Origin: Nitrososphaerota archaeon
GTDB lineage: Archaea; Thermoproteota; Nitrososphaeria_A; Caldarchaeales; Caldarchaeaceae
Direction of reading: 5' to 3'
DNA length: 64,000 nt
Assembly: GCA_041641305.1 (NCBI GenBank)
Contig: JBEPYN010000002.1
Location: 288,001 to 352,000 of the forward strand
Under the pieces are notes generated by a model that was given only the letters and a program-made list of their open reading frames with translations, ran no database searches and was not told the origin of the DNA. Made by a program: the position numbers and the translations under genes. Positions within the stretch are counted from its first letter, which is position 1. Every line of letters starts with the position of its first letter. Below are positions 49,335-58,970 of this stretch, in pieces.

Positions 49335-49940
49335 TTAGACCTTTACTTTGGAGAATCTTTTTTCGACGTCGTCCCAGTTGACGACTTCCCACCACTTGTC
49401 TACGTATGCGGCGCGGTCGTTTTTGTATTGTAGGTAGTAGGCGTGCTCCCATACGTCGAGGGTTAGCAGCAGTGGGAGGTCGGGTGGATGCATGAAGTTC
49501 TGTTTCTCAACTTGGTAGATGAGAAGTGTCTCGGACTCGGCGTCGTATGTGAGTATGGCCCATCCCACGGCCTCGACATTCTTAGCCGCGTCGCTGAACT
49601 GTTTCTTGAAGTTCTCGAAGCTGCCGAAGTCCTTGTTTATCTGGTCGGCTATTGCTCCGCCCGGTGTCCCTCCGCCCTTTCCCGGCGGCGCCATGTTTGG
49701 CCAAAAGACTGAGTGGAGCTTGTGTCCGCTGAGGTTGAAGCTGAGGTCACGCAGTATGCCGCGTATGTTCTCCGGGTTCTCCCCCTTCCGTTGTTTCTCC
49801 AGCCTCTCCAAAGCCGCGTTGGCGCCGTTAACATACGCCTGATGATGCTTGGTGTGGTGAAGCGTCATGATCTCACCAGAGATAATAGGCTCCAACGCAT
49901 TATAGGCATAGGGCAGTTGTGGTAATGTATATTTCTTCAT
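49335..49940 (-). CDS. sod: Fe/Mn superoxide dismutase
   Basis: LPYAYNALEP, HHTKHHQAYV, DVWEHAYY. Confidence 0.97.
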   Translation of the reverse strand: MKKYTLPQLPYAYNALEPIISGEIMTLHHTKHHQAYVNGANAALERLEKQRKGENPENIRGILRDLSFNLSGHKLHSVFWPNMAPPGKGGGTPGGAIADQINKDFGSFENFKKQFSDAAKNVEAVGWAILTYDAESETLLIYQVEKQNFMHPPDLPLLLTLDVWEHAYYLQYKNDRAAYVDKWWEVVNWDDVEKRFSKVKV

Positions 49941-49984
49941 GTGGGCAAACAGGTAACGCGTTTATAAAAAAGTATCGCATCGTG

Positions 49985-51127
49985 TCATTTTTTGGAGAGA
50001 AGCGGGATAAATGGGAGAAGCAGGGTGTATAGTGCCGCAGCTGTGTAGAATGAAGCGGTGAAGCTTTTGAAAGCTTCGTGCAGAACACCGAAGAAAAGAG
50101 GCATAGCTATGGCTCCTGCCGCGGCAGACGTGTTGAGATAACCCGCCGCCACACCTGCCACGCCTTGGGGATACCTGTCCCGGAGTATGGCGAAGGCCGC
50201 TGGAGTGGGCAGGTAAACTAGGAAACCCAGAGCCGTCATGTGGATGGGGAGCAGCCAGGCCGGTGTGCTGGAGGCCGTGGCCAGCGATGCTGCGAGAGCC
50301 GCGGCGTTTAATGCAAGCACCCTTGTTTTCCCCAGCAGGTCGGTGATGTAGCCGCCCAAGGTGAGAGAAACTATGCCCGCCGTCTGGAGAACAAACGCGT
50401 ACGAGGCTGCCAAGCCACCCGGCATTCCATAAACCTTGGCGAGAGCCGTAGGCATCCACGTGGTTACGGCGATTATCACACCTAGGCGCACAAAATGCAG
50501 CATGTTAAGAAAATAGAAGGCCGCGTCTCTACGAAAATTGACCGACTGTCTTATACTGAAGCTGTGTTGCCGTGAAAGAAATGTTAGAAATGTGGCGACG
50601 GGGATGAGTGTGGCGAAGAGCAGGGTCGAGTGTGTTAACCCTGTTTGCCATCCGCCGTTGCCTGAGGCGTTGAAGCTGTAGACCGCGCCCAGCCCGGTGC
50701 CGATGTTGAACCCGCATGCCACAAATCCCGTCGCTAACGAGCGTCTCCTCTCACAGACCTCGAAAGCAAGCTGTAGACTTGGAATAAAAACCGCGCCGCC
50801 GATAAACCCTTGAATAAACCGGTAAACCAGAATCTCAAACCATGTGGACGAGGTTGCGAAGAAAAAATGTGTAAAAGTGTATAGAACAAGTCCGGAGGAA
50901 ATAACTTTCCACCTGCCAAGCTTCTCGGCCAAAATGGCGAATGGCACTTGGCTAATCAGATATCCCGCGAAGAAGGCGGAGCCGATCAACCCGCCCTCCG
51001 CATAGGGGACGCCTACGTCATCCAATATGTTAGAAAGCAGGGATGAAAACGAGCCTACATAGGCGCCGAAAACAACGTTAGCCAAAACCCCTCCGACAAC
51101 AGGAAGCCATTCACCGTACCTGCGCAC
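49985..51127 (-). CDS. MFS transporter
   Basis: LAEKLGR and GYITDLLG motifs; about 12 TM segments. Confidence 0.85.
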   Translation of the reverse strand: MRRYGEWLPVVGGVLANVVFGAYVGSFSSLLSNILDDVGVPYAEGGLIGSAFFAGYLISQVPFAILAEKLGRWKVISSGLVLYTFTHFFFATSSTWFEILVYRFIQGFIGGAVFIPSLQLAFEVCERRRSLATGFVACGFNIGTGLGAVYSFNASGNGGWQTGLTHSTLLFATLIPVATFLTFLSRQHSFSIRQSVNFRRDAAFYFLNMLHFVRLGVIIAVTTWMPTALAKVYGMPGGLAASYAFVLQTAGIVSLTLGGYITDLLGKTRVLALNAAALAASLATASSTPAWLLPIHMTALGFLVYLPTPAAFAILRDRYPQGVAGVAAGYLNTSAAAGAIAMPLFFGVLHEAFKSFTASFYTAAALYTLLLPFIPLLSKK

Positions 51128-51204
51128 GGTCAGACCTTTGTCACCCTTTATTTAAGCCACCCCAAAACTCATATCACAAAGCATCAACCAAGTCTTACCA
51201 AGGC

Positions 51205-51858
51205 TTGGACAGGGAAAGCTTCAAGGAAATAGTCGAGGTTTTGAAGAGACGATATGGAGGACACGCCTTCCCCATGCATGTCAGCGACAGGGATGCGTTC
51301 AAAGTCCTTGTCGGAGCAGTTCTCTCACATCGAACACGTGACGAGAAAACCGACGAAGCCTACCACAACCTTTTCACACATTTCAAAAACCCGCGTGACC
51401 TCGCTTCAGCCGATGTACGAACCATCGCACGCCTCATCAAACCCGTCGGCTTCTATCGACAGAAAGCCAAGAGAATTAAGCAGCTGGCGCAGATTGTTTA
51501 CGGCCGGTTGGGTGGCCGTGTTCCCGACAGTCGGGAGGAGTTGTTGAAGCTTCCCGGCGTCGGCCCCAAGTCGGCTGACATCGTTTTATCGGTTGTTTTC
51601 GGAAGGCCTGAGATTGCGGTTGACACGCATGTGGAGACTGTTTCTAAGAGGCTGGGTATCGTCGACGAGAAGGCTGGATACGAGGAGGTGAAGAAGGCTT
51701 TGACCACACTGACCACGGCCAGCGACATACTTCTAATCAATCATCTCTTCGTCAGGTTTGGGCGCGAGATATGCCGGAGGCCTAGGCCACGTTGCAGCGT
51801 CTGCCCAATAACCATGTATTGCCGCTACTATAGGGAGGTCAGAGCCCGAGCTTCTTAA
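51205..51858 (+). CDS. nth: Endonuclease III
   Basis: HhH LPGVGPKSA, VDTHV, C-x6-CxxC-x5-C. Confidence 0.95.
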   Translation: MDRESFKEIVEVLKRRYGGHAFPMHVSDRDAFKVLVGAVLSHRTRDEKTDEAYHNLFTHFKNPRDLASADVRTIARLIKPVGFYRQKAKRIKQLAQIVYGRLGGRVPDSREELLKLPGVGPKSADIVLSVVFGRPEIAVDTHVETVSKRLGIVDEKAGYEEVKKALTTLTTASDILLINHLFVRFGREICRRPRPRCSVCPITMYCRYYREVRARAS

Positions 51859-52297
51859 TTGTCTGGAGTACCTCTTCAGCGTGGCCGTCGGCGACAACCT
51901 TGTGAAACGCAGCCCTAATTACGCCGTCTTTGTCGATGATGAATGTTTTTCTTATGCAGCGTCCTTTCTCCTCGCTGTAGCTGTTGTATAGCCGCGCAAC
52001 CTTTCCATCAGCATCTGTCAAAAGTGTGAAATTCAGCCCATATTTTGCGATGAATTTTTGATGCGATTCTGGGCTGTCGACGCTTACGCCCACCACGTTT
52101 ACACCATGTTTACTCAGTTTCTCCATCGAGTCTCTGAAGCCGCAGGCCTCGGTTGTGCATCCAGGTGTATCGTCTTTTGGATAAAAGTAGAGAACGAGCG
52201 CCCTGCCGCTTTGGAGGAGCTGTTTTAGACTGGTTTTGCGTCCTTGATGGTCTGGTAGCTCGAAGTCCGGGGCCTTGTCGCCTGGCTCGGGCTTCAT
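51839..52297 (-). CDS. bcp: Peroxiredoxin Bcp/PrxQ
   Basis: YFYPKDDTPGCTTEAC. Confidence 0.95.
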   Translation of the reverse strand: MKPEPGDKAPDFELPDHQGRKTSLKQLLQSGRALVLYFYPKDDTPGCTTEACGFRDSMEKLSKHGVNVVGVSVDSPESHQKFIAKYGLNFTLLTDADGKVARLYNSYSEEKGRCIRKTFIIDKDGVIRAAFHKVVADGHAEEVLQTIKKLGL

Positions 52298-52647
52298 TTC
52301 AGGTTGAAGCTCTGTCCGCAGCCGCAGCTGGAGACGACGTTGGGGTTGTTGATGGCGAACCCTGAGCCCATCACGTCCTCGATGTAGTCGATTTCAGAGC
52401 CCTCGAGAAACGGTGCGCTAAAGCTATCCACCACAACTTTTACACCATATGCGTTGACGACGACATCATCCTCGTAGATGTTCTCGTCCAGCGCCATGCC
52501 ATAGCGGTACCCCGAGCACCCGCCGCCGGTTATGTATATCCTGAGAGCCATGTTTTCGCTGCCGCCCTCCTGCTCAATAAGCTGAGCAATCTTCTTTGCA
52601 GCCCGCTCGGTAACCGTCAGCTTGAAAGCTTCCTTCTGAACCTCCAT
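52294..52647 (-). CDS. A-type Fe-S carrier (IscA/ErpA/HesB)
   Basis: GGGCSG...NPN...CGCGQSF. Confidence 0.93.
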   Translation of the reverse strand: MEVQKEAFKLTVTERAAKKIAQLIEQEGGSENMALRIYITGGGCSGYRYGMALDENIYEDDVVVNAYGVKVVVDSFSAPFLEGSEIDYIEDVMGSGFAINNPNVVSSCGCGQSFNLK

Positions 52648-52727
52648 GCCTGCTGTAGTTGTTAAGCCTTATAAAAGCATTTGCAACTTACACTTTTAAA
52701 CTGGCGGTGCAATCCAGAGGAACAGGT

Positions 52728-53375
52728 TTGAAGATAGTGGCGGAGGACGCTGAATCCATTACGCTTGACGTTACAGACTTACCGCATCCTCTGGCGAATG
52801 CGCTGAGGCGGATGATTATCCGCGAGGTACCCACCATGGCTGTTGAGGAGATTCTGGTTATTGAGAATTCGTCGGCCATGACTAATGAGGTGCTGGCTCA
52901 CAGGATCTCTCTCATCCCCTTCATAACTGATTTGGATAACTTTAACGTGGCCGAGGAATGTAGTTGCCAGAGTAGGCTTGGCTGCGAAAAATGTGTCGTC
53001 AGGTTCGTGTTGAGAGCGGAAGCATCGGAACAGCCGATAACGGTCTACAGCCGCGACATCAAGCCAGAGAGACATGACACGAAGGTCGCGCCCTTCGACG
53101 GAAACATCCCGATAGTGGCTCTTGCCCCTCGTCAGAAAATAGAGCTGGAGCTGTATGTAAGACTCGGGAGAGGGAAGAAACATGCAAAATGGCAGTCGGG
53201 AATAGCTACTCTCTATCAAGAGGATTCCCGCTGGCTTCTTTACGTCGAGAGCTACGGGTTTCTGCCGCCGCGGCGGATGGTTCTCGAAGCCGCCAGAATA
53301 GTTAAAACGAGGATTGAAGAAATCGGCGCAGGTCTGAGGGAGTTGATGGCCCGTGAGCCGCAGGGTGCAGGCTGA
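52728..53375 (+). CDS. rpoD: RNA polymerase subunit D (Rpo3)
   Basis: ANALRR, ENSS, LAHRISLIP, CSC...CEKC, HAKW. The TTG start was chosen from TTTTAAA at 52694-52700. Confidence 0.93.
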   Translation: MKIVAEDAESITLDVTDLPHPLANALRRMIIREVPTMAVEEILVIENSSAMTNEVLAHRISLIPFITDLDNFNVAEECSCQSRLGCEKCVVRFVLRAEASEQPITVYSRDIKPERHDTKVAPFDGNIPIVALAPRQKIELELYVRLGRGKKHAKWQSGIATLYQEDSRWLLYVESYGFLPPRRMVLEAARIVKTRIEEIGAGLRELMAREPQGAG

Positions 53376-53688
53376 GATAACTGTGAGGAAGCTGGGCGGC
53401 AAGACCCGGTTCGCCAAACGGTTGCTGAAGGAGCTGAGGCGTAGCAGACGCTCCACCAGAGAGGTTAACATAAGCCGCCTCCAGCGCAACACCGTGGACA
53501 ACGAAGTGGTTTTTGTGCCGGGCAAGGTTCTCGGACACGGTTATCTAACGAAGAAGCTAACTGTCGGCGCCTTCGCCTTCTCACAATCAGCCATCCAGAA
53601 AATACAGAAAGCCGGTGGAAGGACCCTTTTGCTGGAAGAGTTTTTGAGGGAGTTTGGGAAAGGTTCGGGGGTTAGGATAATTGGCTGA
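53353..53688 (+). CDS. rpl18e: 50S ribosomal protein L18e
   Basis: VNISRL, VPGKVLG, FSQSA..KI..AGG. Confidence 0.93.
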   Translation: MSRRVQAEITVRKLGGKTRFAKRLLKELRRSRRSTREVNISRLQRNTVDNEVVFVPGKVLGHGYLTKKLTVGAFAFSQSAIQKIQKAGGRTLLLEEFLREFGKGSGVRIIG

Positions 53689-54136
53689 GAAAACATATGT
53701 CGTGGACGCAGAGGGATACAGGCTCGGCAGACTAGCATCCTATGTAGCCAAGCTCCTGCTCAAAGGCCACCGGGTCACAGTCATTAACGCGGAGAAAACC
53801 ATCATTACGGGGAACAAGTCAGCCATTCTCGAACACTATCTGATGCTGAGAAACAGGAAACAGTTCTCCTCTCACAAGAAAATTACGGTCTGGTATCCCA
53901 CCAAGCCCGACGCAATTCTGAGGCTGGCGATAACGAGGATGCTGCCGCGGAAGAAGCCGCGGGGACGTGAGGCGGCGAAGAGGCTGGTGGTGTTGAAGGG
54001 CCCCGCCAACGTGGAGGGTGAGAAGATAGAGTTTGAGGACGCGAAGCTCACAAAGTTATATAACCGCTCTGCGAAAATAGTCAGATACATCACGCTCGAG
54101 GAGCTGTCTAAGATGCTTAGAGGTGGTAGAGAATGA
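53681..54136 (+). CDS. rpl13p: 50S ribosomal protein L13 (uL13)
   Basis: LGRLASYVAK, INAEK..ITG, MLP.K..RG. Confidence 0.93.
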   Translation: MAEKTYVVDAEGYRLGRLASYVAKLLLKGHRVTVINAEKTIITGNKSAILEHYLMLRNRKQFSSHKKITVWYPTKPDAILRLAITRMLPRKKPRGREAAKRLVVLKGPANVEGEKIEFEDAKLTKLYNRSAKIVRYITLEELSKMLRGGRE

Positions 54137-54528
54137 GGAAAACAGAGCATATTTTCGTGGGGAAACGGAAAACATCTGTGGCAAAGGTTTTCCTCCGTCC
54201 TGGGAAAGGAAACGTCTTCGTCAACAAGACACCTATCGAACTCTTCAACGAGTTTTTCAAGAGCAAAGTCCTGGCACCGCTGATGCTTTTACCTGAGTTT
54301 TGGAAGAAACACGACTTTCACGTAACTGTGAAAGGCGGCGGTGTCATGTCTTCGGCTGAGGCCATAGCCATAGCGGTTTCGAAGGCCGCTGCAGCCGAGT
54401 CCGAGGAATACAAGCAGAGGCTTGAAAGCTATGACAGAAGCCTGCTGGTCGATGACCCGAGGAGAGCGGAGCCCAAGAAGCCCAACAGGAGGAGCGCTCG
54501 ACGGAAGCCGCAGAAAAGCTACAGGTGA
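54133..54528 (+). CDS. rps9p: 30S ribosomal protein S9 (uS9)
   Basis: GKRKTSVA, VKGGG, YDRSLLVDDPRR.EPKK, QKSYR. Confidence 0.95.
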   Translation: MRKTEHIFVGKRKTSVAKVFLRPGKGNVFVNKTPIELFNEFFKSKVLAPLMLLPEFWKKHDFHVTVKGGGVMSSAEAIAIAVSKAAAAESEEYKQRLESYDRSLLVDDPRRAEPKKPNRRSARRKPQKSYR

Positions 54529-54540
54529 GAAGCGGAGTTG

Positions 54541-54756
54541 ATGTTTCCAATCCGATGCTTCAGCTGCGGCCGCGTTATCGCCCACAAATGGGACGAGTAT
54601 CAGAGAAGGGTGTCTGAGGGAGAGCATCCGAAGGACGTCCTCGACAGCCTCGGCTTCAAAAGATACTGCTGCAGAAGAATGTTCATCTCAGCGGTCAACG
54701 TCATGGACGAGCTCATAGAGTTTCATCAAAAATACTCCGAGGCCACTAGTGCATAG
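54541..54756 (+). CDS. rpoN: RNA polymerase subunit N (Rpo10)
   Basis: PIRCFSCG, RYCCRRM. Confidence 0.96.
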   Translation: MFPIRCFSCGRVIAHKWDEYQRRVSEGEHPKDVLDSLGFKRYCCRRMFISAVNVMDELIEFHQKYSEATSA

Positions 54757-54758
54757 CC

Positions 54759-56006
54759 ATGGGCCGTGAATCATTCACGATAACCGGTGCGGAGGCATGG
54801 GTTGTCCTCGACAGCCGGGGAAGCGAAACCATCGAGGTAACTCTATCCTCGGGCAGGGTGTCAGCCACCGCGTCGGCGCCCTCCGGAAAAAGCAGGGGGA
54901 GCAGGGAAGCTGTTCCGTTCCCCGAAGGCGGCGCCAAACAGTCTGTCAAAATTTTCAGCAGCACGTTGCGGGGCAGACTCGTTGGACGTGACCCATCTGA
55001 CCAAACAGGCATAGACACGTTGCTCAAGGAAGCTGACGGCACAGAGAACTTTTCAAAAATAGGCGGGAACTTGGCCTACGCTGTCTCGGCCTGCGCTGTA
55101 AAGCTCGCGGCCATGCTGATGGAGAAGCACATATGGAGGCGTGTGGCTGACTTGTCCGGGCTTGCTCCCGTCTATCCTATTCCTCTTGGCAACGTATTGG
55201 GTGGAGGGGCGCATGCGGGCGAAGGCGCTCCAGATATACAGGAGTTTCTCGTTTTTCCAAAGAAACCGGGAAGCATTGAGGAGGCTGTTAGGACGAATGT
55301 GGAGGTGCATAGGAGGCTTGGCAGGGTTTTGGCGAAAAAGGTCGGTGGATACGGTGGAGGGAAAGGTGACGAGGGTGCCTATGCGCCACCCGTCGACGAC
55401 GAAAACGCTCTGCGGGCTGTGAAAGAGGCGTCGGAGGGATTGGATGTAGGGTTTGGACTGGACGTCGCCGCCTCAAGCCTCTACGATGCATCTCAGAAAA
55501 AATATCATTACAGGAACCGTGGAAAACATCTGACCCGTGAGCAGCACATGCAACACATTTCAGAGCTTGTCGAGAGGTATGGGATAAGCTATGTCGAGGA
55601 CCCGTTTGAGGAAACGGATGTGGAAGGGTTTGCTGAGCTGTGCAAAGCTTTTCCGAAGCTGCTTGTATGCGGAGACGACCTCGTCGTAACACGTGCGGAG
55701 CTGATTAGAATGGCTTCTGAGAAAAGGGCCGTGAGGGCGGTTATTCTTAAGCCCAACCAGGTCGGCACGGTAACGGACACGGTGGAGGCTGCGAAGGAGG
55801 CTGAGAGAAGGGGGATTGTGCGTGTTGTGTCGCATAGGTCGGGTGAGACATGCGACAGCTTTTTGACGCATCTGGCCATCGGGCTGGGGGGCAAGTTTAT
55901 TAAGGCAGGTGTAGCGGGGGGTGAAAGGGTGGCTAAGGCAAATGAGCTGCTGCGGATATGGTACATGGTTGGCGGCTCGATTCACTTGCAGGAGGCTGAT
56001 GTATAA
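54759..56006 (+). CDS. eno: Enolase
   Basis: LDSRG, GDEG, EDPF, GDDL, KPNQVGT, SHRSGET. Confidence 0.96.
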   Translation: MGRESFTITGAEAWVVLDSRGSETIEVTLSSGRVSATASAPSGKSRGSREAVPFPEGGAKQSVKIFSSTLRGRLVGRDPSDQTGIDTLLKEADGTENFSKIGGNLAYAVSACAVKLAAMLMEKHIWRRVADLSGLAPVYPIPLGNVLGGGAHAGEGAPDIQEFLVFPKKPGSIEEAVRTNVEVHRRLGRVLAKKVGGYGGGKGDEGAYAPPVDDENALRAVKEASEGLDVGFGLDVAASSLYDASQKKYHYRNRGKHLTREQHMQHISELVERYGISYVEDPFEETDVEGFAELCKAFPKLLVCGDDLVVTRAELIRMASEKRAVRAVILKPNQVGTVTDTVEAAKEAERRGIVRVVSHRSGETCDSFLTHLAIGLGGKFIKAGVAGGERVAKANELLRIWYMVGGSIHLQEADV

Positions 56007-56632
56007 TGACGATGTCGGCTGAACAGGAAGCGGAGATACTTGAGCAGCTTGTCAAATACAACGTTCACGTAGGCTCACGCATCAAGGTCAAGCACATGGA
56101 GCCCTACATCTTCAGGATGAGGTATGACGGCGTCTACCTTTTCGAGGTCAAGAAGATTCTTACGCGGCTTAACCTCGCCGCTAAGCTGATATCATTCTAC
56201 GAGCCCAACGAGGTGCTGGCTGTCTCGACACACGTATTCGGCATGAAGGCTGTGCAGAAGTTTGCGGAGCTGACGGGCGGCATGGCTATAGCGGGCAAGA
56301 TGATGGCGGGCATGCTCACAAACAGGACGCTCAAAAACTACACCGAGCCCTCAATCGTGATTATCTCCGACCCGCGTTACGATGCGCAGGCCCTTGAAGA
56401 AGCGGCTATAGCCCGTATTCCCGTGATAGCTATGTGCAGCACAGACAACACATGCTCCAACGTCGACCTCGTGATACCGATGAACAACAGAAGCAGAACA
56501 TCGCTGCCCTATGCTTTCTGGTATCTGACGAGACGTGTGCTCGAGGAGAGAGGCCAGCTCACACCAGATTTCGACGCCTTGGTGAAGCCCGAGGACTTCA
56601 TGGCGCTTCCCAGCTCCGGCGAAGCAGAGTAG
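56006..56632 (+). CDS. rps2p: 30S ribosomal protein S2 (uS2)
   Basis: VHVG, LTN...EP, DP..D.QA..EA, VDLVIPMNN. Confidence 0.95.
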   Translation: MTMSAEQEAEILEQLVKYNVHVGSRIKVKHMEPYIFRMRYDGVYLFEVKKILTRLNLAAKLISFYEPNEVLAVSTHVFGMKAVQKFAELTGGMAIAGKMMAGMLTNRTLKNYTEPSIVIISDPRYDAQALEEAAIARIPVIAMCSTDNTCSNVDLVIPMNNRSRTSLPYAFWYLTRRVLEERGQLTPDFDALVKPEDFMALPSSGEAE

Positions 56633-58745
56633 AGAAAGGCTGGATAACCGTCTCATACGCACGCCGCAGAAAATCCACATAATATTCTTCATCATAGTCG
56701 CTGCTGCGGAGAAGCTGTAGCGGAACCCCTGCTCCCCGTTTCACTATGTAGCTGACAGACTGGCCCGGTGAAACAGAGGCCCCCATCTGCTTCAGCATCC
56801 TAGCCGCCTGCACATGCTTAACCTCCTTGTCATAACTCTCCACAGGCCCTGACACACTCCTCGTCACAGCAAGTTCCTCGGCTTCGACGCCGCCAAGGTA
56901 AACCATGCGCATATACTTCCTGAAAATTTCATGACATTCTCCGAGCTTTTGAGGCACATCCTGCAACGAACATATCTCGGCCAGCCTCGCGAGAAGCTCG
57001 TGCTGCATCTTGCGCACAATCGGCGGCGTATCTCTTCTCCTTGCCTCTATTCCTCTGCACTTGACTCTGCCACCGATGTATGCGCCGAAGTATCTGTTGT
57101 TTACCGGTCTTCCCGGGCTGGTGCGTGAGTCGAGGAAGGCTATCCACTTGAACGTGCCCTCGTAGCCGACCGGCAGACCCAGCCTCTTCTCCAACACCTC
57201 TCCAAAGGCCCTGTAATCATCCTCGGAAGCATCTCTCCGCCAAATCCATAGACAGTCGACTATGCCATGCAGGACCTTGAAACCATGTTCCTCGGCGAGC
57301 TTGACGCTTCTGAGCAGGGTGTCGCGGGCGAGGGCGCAGACAGCCATGTGCGCCTCCCGGCTCCCGAACTTCGCCTTCTTGTATCCCAGGTAGCCGAACG
57401 AGGTGACAAGTATCCACTTCAACGCATCGGCCCGAGCCTTGTAGACCTTGTCACCCATCTCTTGGTAAAGCCTCTTGTACTCGAGCCTTCTACGCAAGGG
57501 CTCCTCGATGGCCCGTGGCACTATGCCTCGCCATTTTCTGCAGACGTGGTAGCCGAGCTCCGGTATGTCGTTGCCGCTGCAGCATCGACAGTTCACGGTT
57601 TCGCCGCTGATGTTGTGCTTCAGCATGAGCATGGGGTAGAGGCTGTGGAAATCCAGCTCACCAACATTCCAGTAAACACCGGGCTGATGGTCGAGTATCC
57701 ACCCGCCTCTGTCAGCTTTTAGTAGCTCCTTCCCAGTCATGCATGTGGGTCTGCCGCATTCAACAGGTATCAACACATCGTTGAGAAAAGCTTGATGATA
57801 CTGGAGCGAGGTCATGCAGCGGCCGATGGTGTAGCGTGCCGCATCCTGCACCGGAAGCCTGGCGACACGCGCCACCTCCACAACACCATGAAGCCCCGTC
57901 TCCCTGTAAAGCATCGAATTATCCGCATCTATGTGAAGTCTTCCACGGAGCCTGTAGCCTGAATAGCTGTGGTAAACTCTTCCATAGCTCATGTAGGAGA
58001 AGCCCCGGCTCCTGCTACGTGGGTCCTCTTCCCGGCCCAGCCGAAGCTCTACACCGTTGACACGGGCCCTGTACCGGAGATATGGCAAGAGAAACGAGTC
58101 GCCCCCATATGTGACAACCACATCCACATCAAGCTCGTCGAGAACATGCCCCAGCTCCGTGAGAACCTTCTCCTCATCACCGTCGAGAACAATCTCCTCA
58201 CCGTCGCAGACAACCTTCACGTTTTTGAGGGGATGGATGAAACGTGGGAAAGGAGTCGCCGAGGCCACCGTGGCCTCGAGATAAGCAACATGGAGAAAAG
58301 AGATGTCGTAGAAGAGGTTGCCGAGGTCCTCGGCCGCATACAGCCTACCATCCTTCTCCTCGACAGCGGCTGTCGGAGCAAGCCCGTGGCTGTAGAGAAA
58401 CTCCTGCGCAGGCGGGAGGTCCACGTTGTAGACACGTATGCCGCGGCAGCACCACTTCTCAGAAACAAACTCGGCGAGAAAACGCCTCTCCGAAGGAGGC
58501 GTCTCCACCTCCAAGGCTTCAACCAACCCAGTCCCCAAAACCCTCTTCACAACCCGTCCAACCACATAACGCTCCCCAAGAACCCTCTCAACCTCTGTTA
58601 AAACATCAAGAGGACCCGCAAAGTAGAGCCGCGGCCACCACCCAACAACAACCCGCACAACACCAGACAACCCTCTAACCCAAGCCACCACACCATCATC
58701 ACGACACCAAACATCGAGAAGAAACCCAACCACACAAACAAGCAA
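56598..58745 (-). CDS. polB2: Family B DNA polymerase, archaeal B2 group
   Basis: LDFHSLYP, KWILVTSFGYLGY and HGIVDC (in place of YGDTD) are the B2-type substitutions. Confidence 0.85.
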   Translation of the reverse strand: MLVCVVGFLLDVWCRDDGVVAWVRGLSGVVRVVVGWWPRLYFAGPLDVLTEVERVLGERYVVGRVVKRVLGTGLVEALEVETPPSERRFLAEFVSEKWCCRGIRVYNVDLPPAQEFLYSHGLAPTAAVEEKDGRLYAAEDLGNLFYDISFLHVAYLEATVASATPFPRFIHPLKNVKVVCDGEEIVLDGDEEKVLTELGHVLDELDVDVVVTYGGDSFLLPYLRYRARVNGVELRLGREEDPRSRSRGFSYMSYGRVYHSYSGYRLRGRLHIDADNSMLYRETGLHGVVEVARVARLPVQDAARYTIGRCMTSLQYHQAFLNDVLIPVECGRPTCMTGKELLKADRGGWILDHQPGVYWNVGELDFHSLYPMLMLKHNISGETVNCRCCSGNDIPELGYHVCRKWRGIVPRAIEEPLRRRLEYKRLYQEMGDKVYKARADALKWILVTSFGYLGYKKAKFGSREAHMAVCALARDTLLRSVKLAEEHGFKVLHGIVDCLWIWRRDASEDDYRAFGEVLEKRLGLPVGYEGTFKWIAFLDSRTSPGRPVNNRYFGAYIGGRVKCRGIEARRRDTPPIVRKMQHELLARLAEICSLQDVPQKLGECHEIFRKYMRMVYLGGVEAEELAVTRSVSGPVESYDKEVKHVQAARMLKQMGASVSPGQSVSYIVKRGAGVPLQLLRSSDYDEEYYVDFLRRAYETVIQPFSTLLRRSWEAP

Positions 58746-58800
58746 ACAAACTGGAATAAATCATGAGAGAGCACCGCGAAAATGCGGCACCAACCTTTAT

Positions 58801-58857
58801 CATAGATTCCCTGTATGTCTTGAAGTTAAGCATAATCAGGGGGTAACGGATGTTCAC
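58801..58857 (-). pseudogene. tpiA: 5' fragment of archaeal triosephosphate isomerase
   Basis: GTG-initiated MNIRYPLIMLNFKTYRESM matches the archaeal TIM N-terminus (P.I..NFKTY.E). TTTAAAA lies about 25 nt upstream and similarity ends after 19 codons. Confidence 0.55.
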
Positions 58858-58970
58858 GATGTCTCTTCATCAGGTTTGTTTTAAAGGATGCAGAGAATAT
58901 TTGAGCGTTGTCTGGCCGAGAAAACCATCCGCCTAAAGCCATAACACACGGTTAAGTAGGCTGGGGAGAA

